Below, one piece after another: positions 27,601-32,742 of a stretch of 64,000 nucleotides of DNA; the first letter of the stretch is position 1; every line of letters starts with the position of its first letter. The DNA comes from Tagaea sp. CACIAM 22H2 (GTDB lineage Bacteria > Pseudomonadota > Alphaproteobacteria > CACIAM-22H2). Under the pieces are notes generated by a model. The model had not been told where the DNA came from. It saw nothing but the letters and a program-made list of their open reading frames with translations, and searched no databases. A program made the translations under genes and the position numbers. The stretch is taken from the NCBI GenBank assembly GCA_014444615.1, contig PVXE01000015.1, positions 12,124-76,123 of the forward strand, given 5' to 3'.

Positions 27601-29634
27601 ACCCGACAGATAGAAGCTGCCCGTGCCCAAGGTGGAGGTCTGAACGATCGGCGTGGACGAGTTGACCAGCGACACGTCGGTCGTCGTTCCCGTGCGGTTC
27701 AGCGTGATATTGATCAACGCATTCGTGGACTCGTTCAACGTGACGGCGCCGGTCCCGCCGATCACCAGATTGGCCCCGCCCGTAATGGCGTAGGTTTGCG
27801 TGACCGCACCGCCCGCGTTCAACGTGACGGTCCCGGACGTCGTCACCCCGCTATTGAAACTGATACCGCCGGTCGTATTGAGCGTCAGTGCGCCCGTCCC
27901 CAACGAGATCGAACCGCTGTTGAAGTTTTGGAAGCTTCCGCCGAGCGCCCCGACGCCGTCGCGGCCTTGGGTCAACAAATAACCATTATTCGTCGTGATC
28001 GCGGACGTGATCGAGACGTTTCCGCCCGCCTGCAGGACGAGATTGAGGGCGCCGTTCGTCGCGGTGATCGTCTCGTCGAGATTGATCGTGCCGACGGCAT
28101 TGAACGTCAGCGTACGCGCCGCCGCACCGGTATAGGTGATGGCGTCGCTGACATTGATGTGTCCCGATCCTGCGGTCGCGCCGGTATTCGAATCGATGGT
28201 GATGTCGTTGGTCGCCAACAGGCCGACCAACACGGCTGCCGACATATCGGCGCCAAACGGCGCGATGTTGAATTCGTTCGGGTCGATCAGCAGCATGCCG
28301 TCGCGGCCGTTGAAGGCGCGCGTATCGACCGCCACCGTGTTGGCGAAGGTGATGCGGTTCTTGCCGGAGGTTTCGACGAAGCCGCCGTCGCCCGCGATCG
28401 TGCCGCCGCGCGCCGTGATCGTGCCTTCCATGCGCGTCGTGTCGTCGGCCCACAGCACGACCTTGCCGCCCTTGCCGTTGAGCGTGGCGTTGGCGTCGAT
28501 GACCGCCGCCGCATCCATGTAAAGAGTCCGCGCGTTGTAGGCGGTACCTTGGCCGTGCTGCCCACCGCCGGCCAGCACCGTGCCGCCGCCCGCTTCGCCC
28601 GACGCGCGGATATCCGTCCCCGCCGCGAGTTCGACGCGCCCGCCAAGCACGGTGACGTTGCCGCCCTTCGCGTCGGCTTCGTTGCCCGACACGTCCAAGC
28701 GGCCCGCAATGACGGTCGTGCCGTTCTCGCCGCCGTCGATGACGATCTCGCCGTTCTCGATGCGCGCCGAGCGCGCCTCGACGATGCCCGTCACGTTGAT
28801 CACGTTGTTGATCACGTCGCGCGCCGCGCGCGCGGTCATCAGCACGCGCCCGCCATTCGCCTGGACCGTGCCGCTGTTCTCGACCAGCGCGTTGGCGCCG
28901 GCGGGTGCTTGATTGACCGTGCCGGTCGACGCGAATTTAAGCAAACCGTCGCCGAAGAAATCCAGCGTAAACGTCGGCGTGCCCGCCAGCACCACCGTGC
29001 CGCCTTGCGCGACGATCGTGCCCTTGTTCTCCACGGCCGCCGCCGACAGCACCGCGAAGCCGCCTTGGGCCACGTTGACGAAGCCTTCGTTGATCACCCG
29101 CGCGTTGACGTCGCCCGCGATCGAGAAGTTGAGATTGCCGGCCAGGAAATCCGCCTGGTTCATCCGCGACGTGGTCGCGACCAGGCCGTTCACGTCGACC
29201 ATCGCCGACGGCCCGAAATAGATCCCCGCCGGGTTCATGATCACGACCCGGCCATTGGCTTGGATCGAGCCGAAGATCATCGACGGATCGGGGCCGATCA
29301 CCCGATTGAGGGCGAGCGAACTGCTATCGGGCTGGATGAAGCGGACGATGTTCCCGGCACCCACCGAGAAGCTTTGCCAGTCGATCGACAGCGTCGCGCT
29401 GTTCTGATTGATGGTGAGCTGGTTGGCGCTGGTTTGCGAGATCGTGCCCGAGCCGCCGACCACATTGCCGCCGGTCGGCAGCGCCTGCGACTTCGCTTGA
29501 TCGGCGGGCAGCACCGCAAACGGCAAACCCAGCGCCGCAGCCCCCAAACCCCAGCGGCGAAAACGCCCCCAGCGCGCGCGACGGCGATATGCCGCGCGAC
29601 GTTCCGGAACGTTGACTTCGCGCGAGGGGCGCAT
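21685..29634 (-). CDS. Two-partner-secretion exoprotein (TpsA, filamentous haemagglutinin family), about 2650 aa
   Basis: Signal peptide, then a TPS domain: LPTGGNVVGGSGTISQ...LTINQNSATLSIDWQSFSVGAGNIVRFIQP...LNRVIGPDPSMIFGSIQANGRVVIMNPAGIYFG. This is followed by more than 2000 aa of G/T/S/A-rich beta-helix-like repeats and an S/T/P/G-rich tail. The ORF opens at 29688. ATG 29634 is preferred because a hairpin lies at 29664-29682. Confidence 0.9.
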   Translation of the reverse strand: MRPSREVNVPERRAAYRRRARWGRFRRWGLGAAALGLPFAVLPADQAKSQALPTGGNVVGGSGTISQTSANQLTINQNSATLSIDWQSFSVGAGNIVRFIQPDSSSLALNRVIGPDPSMIFGSIQANGRVVIMNPAGIYFGPSAMVDVNGLVATTSRMNQADFLAGNLNFSIAGDVNARVINEGFVNVAQGGFAVLSAAAVENKGTIVAQGGTVVLAGTPTFTLDFFGDGLLKFASTGTVNQAPAGANALVENSGTVQANGGRVLMTARAARDVINNVINVTGIVEARSARIENGEIVIDGGENGTTVIAGRLDVSGNEADAKGGNVTVLGGRVELAAGTDIRASGEAGGGTVLAGGGQHGQGTAYNARTLYMDAAAVIDANATLNGKGGKVVLWADDTTRMEGTITARGGTIAGDGGFVETSGKNRITFANTVAVDTRAFNGRDGMLLIDPNEFNIAPFGADMSAAVLVGLLATNDITIDSNTGATAGSGHINVSDAITYTGAAARTLTFNAVGTINLDETITATNGALNLVLQAGGNVSITSAITTNNGYLLTQGRDGVGALGGSFQNFNSGSISLGTGALTLNTTGGISFNSGVTTSGTVTLNAGGAVTQTYAITGGANLVIGGTGAVTLNESTNALINITLNRTGTTTDVSLVNSSTPIVQTSTLGTGSFYLSGVGFAQTGTITQDALADSFTIQGNSGIVTLSQANVFTGDVTVLADAINVTANQSFNIATSANLNLISTSNIVIDKSLIATGAGSMNMIFNARSGGGATGYIDIQPTNSDIVIDTNGGYIVMGGGTGSLTNALPGAAQAAIGGGGIDQGISIQGYNDGTARSVTITTDGGNFFARGRGATSGTAPAGIYLYTTAAGGAVTISAGAGNININGTGGFGNDGSGVFMQGNSGINTATLQTTTGNITVSGTSGSGASSHGILAAYFSEIETGSGTLTLNGGSVGSGFSRGVWSLGVIDAGSGAGSSIIGTSVVEYGILAMPGADWRVANSTLTVGGTSVGAGAAGVGLDGIVFSAGSGTIDISGEGGSGGNAINLSGAITLAGDAVNLVFNGTGAAADIVVSAGGTITTTSATGTRNVSLISDGNINIQGTPSTVAIGATAGGMLNFSAQAADTLTLGGKIVTEGGNVSLVAGTKATINAGIETFGGDISIWGNAPGGTPSATPSAGLNVGVNLQRTSATAVTIDAGGGDISIAGAGGNGGTYSHGVLIDGVVVQTSGTGAIEVTGKGGASAGGAEQVGVYINGDTFLSSVYSPGTALVSGSGGITITGYGALTGTGGSNIGVRIARATVSATNGDVAITGTGGAGSNSDSIEIAGASVTSTGTGSILLSGLTPIGTGTGIDLRDSYDGASTTVVIGGASFQGDLHFTATSLASSVSTLTLSRQSGGGTIQFENVDSSLGIGVNGGFASGGIAITAGILGGISGFDTLMLGSAGQLGSIQVDNTQFWSLASGVSHFAFQTQGTFVSNTMEFSGQAVTIDAGGAASTTILGATTATLSGQGDVTAANIVADAIALDKSGTTANVTLASSGSMTLAASTMGSGSLSLNATAGITQTGALVQDANGGSVTINSTGTIILSQTNEFTGATVSIQGGSLQITGQQNFTRGVSQNVNLTSTAGNVLVGGNLVKSSGTGGATFFIDAEETAWFANAGIDTDGGNINVWGNAPGGDNNAGTNAGTAWGVRIDGASAILSAGSGNVMIIGKGSTDNGTGQHGIVMLSGGRIETTSGNIVLGGRGGAGTGAGAQGIIVAGGSQIETQSGYIELYGYGGANSATAHGISVDGAAAIVNAAGVYVTFNGQAANGGTGIIAVGTATVEATTGQIGMISNNGIALNSAVVRSGAGATFDGGTGAVALNNLNNAFGGTISIDNYGNASIATSGTMTLDTVNTHGGSFTADAADGLTITSSITTTGGNINLYGNAPGGGAFGASSTAVFGVSIDSASALVDAGGGDIFIKGAGGSGAGGSHGVTIRNGAGVLTSGTGTLTIEGQGGNSAGGGAAGVEFYASGAYAQTQHGVLTVTGTGGANGSGNIGVALATGAIRATGTGAVTVTGAGGGLASVGVHVGGGGTTSITTVDGNLTINATGGGANDSGIQSRGLEVGVNQSGVGQLGTIGATGTGSVSITATAGGASGDSNRYGIIVGSGGGIATQVAGISITATGGTGGGTNNHAVYLDSGSINSGGALTLNAISGNIAGQTGTVAAGGNTSLTTTAGDIDWVQSGGMTIGSISSAGTLNVSVTGGSISQVGAATVAGASSFTAGGDIILTNASNAFGGALSISTAAGAVSVTNPGNLTLGGVTAGNGLTVVTGGSISQVGAATVTGTSSFTTTGGSITLTNASNAFGGALSLTATAGSASVTNSGALTLGDMTVGGALTVTAGGALTQLGASFFSAGSTSLSATGTMTLTESGNDFGTSLSLTGTGGALDGTVNGNSGAAAAPAVTASSGSFTFGGATVSSSAPPPSTPTEGTTTNTVTTETLAQIITQILTSTVVQPSSSTTGTTDAANVNPVSPAAVQAMLIAILTEAASPAGSTGGGQQGSGEGNNPQTAGSTPQTGGAQSSTPTPSAGAGTFAAGTTITINTSGGAVQSITVTPVGGGAPVTILPGLLNLTPPAIPTATATGTPGISGNFPLAWGGR
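22465..22881 (-). repeat. Two tandem 207/210-nt (69/70-aa) repeats inside tpsA
   Basis: The protein has GGSISQVGAATV[AT]G[AT]SSFT...LTNASNAFGGALS[IL]...TLG...LTV twice in a row. The DNA block GCGCCGCCGAAGGCGTTCGA(G/C)GCGTTGGTCA recurs at 22564 and 22774. Confidence 0.8.
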
Positions 29635-29748
29635 CCGCAAAAACACCAAGATTTGTCCGGGTAATCCGCAAATAGTGCGGATCCTCAAGAACAGAAAGTT
29701 TAATAGTAGCGAGGGGTCTTTGCAAAGCGCTCAAATGTGCTCGAGCGC

Positions 29749-29770
29749 AAAAAAACACGCTAAAAGCGTG
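29749..29770 (-). terminator. Short hairpin plus T7 run at the tpsB stop codon
   Basis: The minus strand reads CACGC-TTTTA-GCGTG-TTTTTTT. The tpsB TAG spans the loop/3'-arm junction. A second hairpin, GCGCTC-N10-GAGCGC, follows at 29727-29748. Confidence 0.4.
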
Positions 29771-31433
29771 CCGATACGTCCATCAGAACGCGCCAAGGAT
29801 GCTCACCCTCGGCTTGGCCGGGCGGGCGAGTCAAAGGCTTGGCAAATTCCAGCCCGCCGGAAATCCAGCTATCCGGTTGAACGCGCACGCCCAACCCGGC
29901 CGACGACAAAAATTGCGTCTGCGAGGCGCCACCCGTCCGGCGATTCCACGCCCAGCCCGCGTCGTAAAACACGTAAGGCTGCCACCCGTCGCCGGCCAGA
30001 TCGCCGTAGCGCAGATCGACACCCTGGCCGAACGCATTGCGCCCCGTCAGCTCCGACGGATCGTAGCCGCGCCCGAAGCGCGAACCGCCCAGCGAGAATT
30101 CCTCGCCCGCGAACAAGACCGACGATGTCGCCTGTCCGCTGCCGACCCATTGCAGGCTGAACTTCTCCGGCAGGATTTGGATGCGGCGCAATTCGGCCGT
30201 CCATTTGCTGAAATTCGGGTTGGCGCCGGCGCGCGACAACAGGCTGTTGCCTTCTTCGGTCGAAGCAATTCCCAACCCCCGCGTGTATCCGAGCGACATC
30301 ACCGTCGCCCCTTGGAGGAAGCCGACATGCGTGTAGGTCGCGCGCATGTCGCCCGCGGTGTATTGCTCGTTGGTCTGCAGCGTGGCGCCGACCAGCGTGC
30401 GCGTCGTCGCGAAAAACAACGAGGAATCGAGCGTCAGATTCTCGCGCCGCGAGCGGATCAGCGGATAGGACAAGCGCGGGCCCGCGCGCCACGCCACCGT
30501 GTTGACGCGCAGCGATTTCAGCGTGTGGCCGGGCCAGCCCCAGGAATAGGTCGTATCCCAGCCCAGCGTCAGCCCGTCGCCGCCGATCGGCTGGCTGTAG
30601 CGCAGCGCCGCCTGGCGCATCTCGCGCGTGTCGTTGGGCACCGTGGTCAGCGTCATGCCGATCTGCTCGGTAAGCCCCAACAGACCGCTGTAACTGACAT
30701 CGCCCGACAGCGACCACGGGCCCTGGAATTTCGAGCCGCGATTGCCGAGCGTGACGCCGGCGGAAATCGGCTTCTCGGCGATCTTGACGTTAAGATCGGA
30801 AGCCCCCGGCGTATCGCCGGGGGCGAGCGTGCCCGCCGCGACGACGCCCGACAAATCGCCCGCCAGCAGCAAGCCACGCTCGATCCACTTGACGTTGACC
30901 GGCCGCCCGTCGAAGGCGCGGCGCATATAGGCGGTGATGCGCTCGCGCACCGGCTCGCTGCCGCCGTCGAACAAGATGCGGCCCAGGAAGCCTTCGACGA
31001 TCTGAATGCGGAACGTGCCGTCACCCACACGCTGCGGCGGCACGAATGCGCGCGTCAGCACGTAGCCGTCGGCGCGATAGCGCGCTTCGATCTTCTCCGC
31101 CGCCTCGACGATCGAAGACAACCCTACGGTGTCGCCGATCAGCGCGCCGTAATCCTGCGCCAGCACGTCGGCGGGATAGACCGTGCCGCCTTCGACGACG
31201 ATGCGCGTCACGGGAAAGCGCAGCTCGTCGACCGCGCGGCGTTCGGGTGCGCGCGGCTGGGCGGGAATGGTGAGTTCGAGATCGGCCTGCGGGACCGGTA
31301 TTTCGCGCGGGCCCAGTCGCGGCTCGGCGGAGGGCGGGATGACGACGCCGGAATTCTGACCGAACGCCGACGTCCCCGCCAAAAATGTGGCAAGGCACGC
31401 CCCTACGATCGCCTGCCGAACCGCGTGCGACAT
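29760..31433 (-). CDS. TpsB outer-membrane transporter (ShlB/FhaC/HecB family)
   Basis: MSHAVRQAIVGACLATFLAGTSAFGQ signal peptide, POTRA-like segments (VTRIVVEGGTVYP, FRIQIVEGFLG), a beta-barrel region and a terminal F (DVSARF). ATG 31433 is preferred over 31532, which would leave only 6 bp to the divergent gene. Confidence 0.9.
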   Translation of the reverse strand: MSHAVRQAIVGACLATFLAGTSAFGQNSGVVIPPSAEPRLGPREIPVPQADLELTIPAQPRAPERRAVDELRFPVTRIVVEGGTVYPADVLAQDYGALIGDTVGLSSIVEAAEKIEARYRADGYVLTRAFVPPQRVGDGTFRIQIVEGFLGRILFDGGSEPVRERITAYMRRAFDGRPVNVKWIERGLLLAGDLSGVVAAGTLAPGDTPGASDLNVKIAEKPISAGVTLGNRGSKFQGPWSLSGDVSYSGLLGLTEQIGMTLTTVPNDTREMRQAALRYSQPIGGDGLTLGWDTTYSWGWPGHTLKSLRVNTVAWRAGPRLSYPLIRSRRENLTLDSSLFFATTRTLVGATLQTNEQYTAGDMRATYTHVGFLQGATVMSLGYTRGLGIASTEEGNSLLSRAGANPNFSKWTAELRRIQILPEKFSLQWVGSGQATSSVLFAGEEFSLGGSRFGRGYDPSELTGRNAFGQGVDLRYGDLAGDGWQPYVFYDAGWAWNRRTGGASQTQFLSSAGLGVRVQPDSWISGGLEFAKPLTRPPGQAEGEHPWRVLMDVSARF

Positions 31434-31475
31434 CTTAACGAAGCGTTTATACTGATTCGGAATGGAGGAGAATCC

Positions 31476-31490
31476 CCTTGTTACACAAGG
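31476..31490. promoter_or_regulatory. Palindrome in the tpsB / CHAT-operon divergent region
   Basis: CCTTGT-TAC-ACAAGG, flanked by the direct repeats GGAGGAGAATC and GGAGGAATC. The local sequence is noticeably AT-richer than its surroundings. Confidence 0.3.
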
Positions 31491-31538
31491 AGGAATCAAC
31501 CATCCTCTGATCAGCGAGGCAGATTGGGTCATTCATCG

Positions 31539-32207
31539 ATGCGGCAATTTTTTCGGCTGCTGTCCCTGACAACGGCAATTTTTACGGTTTTGGCATATCC
31601 GGTGCTGGCCCAGCAACAGCAGGTGCCAACCGCACGCCCGGCGGCACCCGCCGCGACCGACGAATTCAAGTTGAACGGATTCCGCAGCGCCAATTTCGGC
31701 ATGACCGCCGACCAAGTGCGCCAAGCGATCCGGCGCGACTTCGCCGCCGCCGCCGACAAGATCGAAACGGTCGAAAACGCGGTCGAGCGGACGACCGTTT
31801 TATCTATTCAGGTCAATGACTTGTTGCCGAATACGGGAACCGGCGTCGTGGCCTATGTCATCGGCTATCGCACCAAGCAGCTGGTTCAAGTGACGGTCAC
31901 TTGGGGTGGTGGAATCAACCCGAATTTCAAACCGGAACAGGCGCTTGGCGCCGCGCGCCAATTGCAGGCCTATTTCGCCGGCCAAGGTTACAAAGCCGAT
32001 ACGGTCGTCACCAACGCCCAGCAGCGCGACGGCTCGATCATCGTTTTCGCGGGCGACGATGCCCAACGCCGGCGCACCCTGCTGGTCTTGGGCAACGTGA
32101 CCGGGCAGGACGGCAAGCCGCCGGAAGGTCCGCCGGTCCTGCAATTGTCGTATATTCGCGATCCTCAGAACCCGGACGTGTTTCAAATCCGCCGGGGCGA
32201 TTTTTAA
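31539..32207 (+). CDS. Secreted hypothetical protein (222 aa)
   Basis: MRQFFRLLSLTTAIFTVLAYPVLA|QQQQ signal peptide. This is the C-terminal part of artefactual track ORF 29799..32207. I recognise no family. Confidence 0.7.
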   Translation: MRQFFRLLSLTTAIFTVLAYPVLAQQQQVPTARPAAPAATDEFKLNGFRSANFGMTADQVRQAIRRDFAAAADKIETVENAVERTTVLSIQVNDLLPNTGTGVVAYVIGYRTKQLVQVTVTWGGGINPNFKPEQALGAARQLQAYFAGQGYKADTVVTNAQQRDGSIIVFAGDDAQRRRTLLVLGNVTGQDGKPPEGPPVLQLSYIRDPQNPDVFQIRRGDF

Positions 32208-32219
32208 GCCGTAGCCCCC

Positions 32220-32738
32220 ATGCACAAGCGAACCTTCAAGAAAGGCCAGCCGATCTTCAAAGAGGGCGATCGCGGCCTGGAAGCCTTCTTGATCGAAACG
32301 GGCAAGGTTCTGATTCTGAAAAAAGGCGCCGCGGCACCGGTGATCGTCGCCGCATTGCCGAACGGCGCGTTGTTCGGCGAGATGGCGATTCTCGACGGCA
32401 GTCCGCGCATGGCGACGGCGGTGGCCGGCGAAGACACGGTCTGCGTCGTCATCAATTCAATGCAGCTGCAACAGAAGCTGATGTCGCTGCCGCCGGATAT
32501 TCTGCGGATCATGACCGCGTTGATGGAATATGTGCGCGCGGTCGTGCCGTTCGATCAGCGATCGAAGGTCGGTCAGGGCCCCGAGCCCACGCAGCGCGAC
32601 CAGCAGGCGCGCATGATGCTGCCCAGCCCCCAAGTGCTGGAAGGATTCGGCGTCACCGATCCGATGTTGAAGGCGCTGCTGCGCATGTTGTGCGACTATA
32701 CGCGCCGGCGCTTGCCGCCCGAATTGCTCAAAACCTGA
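32220..32738 (+). CDS. Stand-alone cyclic-nucleotide-binding domain protein (172 aa)
   Basis: FKEGDRGLEAFLIETGKVLI...GALFGEMAILDGSPRMATAVA shows a beta-roll with a phosphate-binding cassette (FGE...PR-x-A). I see no HTH or other output domain. Confidence 0.8.
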   Translation: MHKRTFKKGQPIFKEGDRGLEAFLIETGKVLILKKGAAAPVIVAALPNGALFGEMAILDGSPRMATAVAGEDTVCVVINSMQLQQKLMSLPPDILRIMTALMEYVRAVVPFDQRSKVGQGPEPTQRDQQARMMLPSPQVLEGFGVTDPMLKALLRMLCDYTRRRLPPELLKT

Positions 32739-32742
32739 AAGG

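Noticed and set aside
25885-29664. 1259-aa plus-strand ORF, together with 22447..24711 (754 aa) and 21713..23086 (457 aa), antisense to tpsA
   Set aside because: The translations are Arg/Ala/Asp-rich with no domain signature. They are the expected stop-free antisense frames of a very GC-rich, repetitive gene. The minus-strand frame carries a clear TPS domain.
29799-32207. 802-aa plus-strand ORF spanning tpsB and the intergenic region
   Set aside because: Only the last 222 aa (from ATG 31539) look like a protein, with a signal peptide. The rest is antisense to tpsB.
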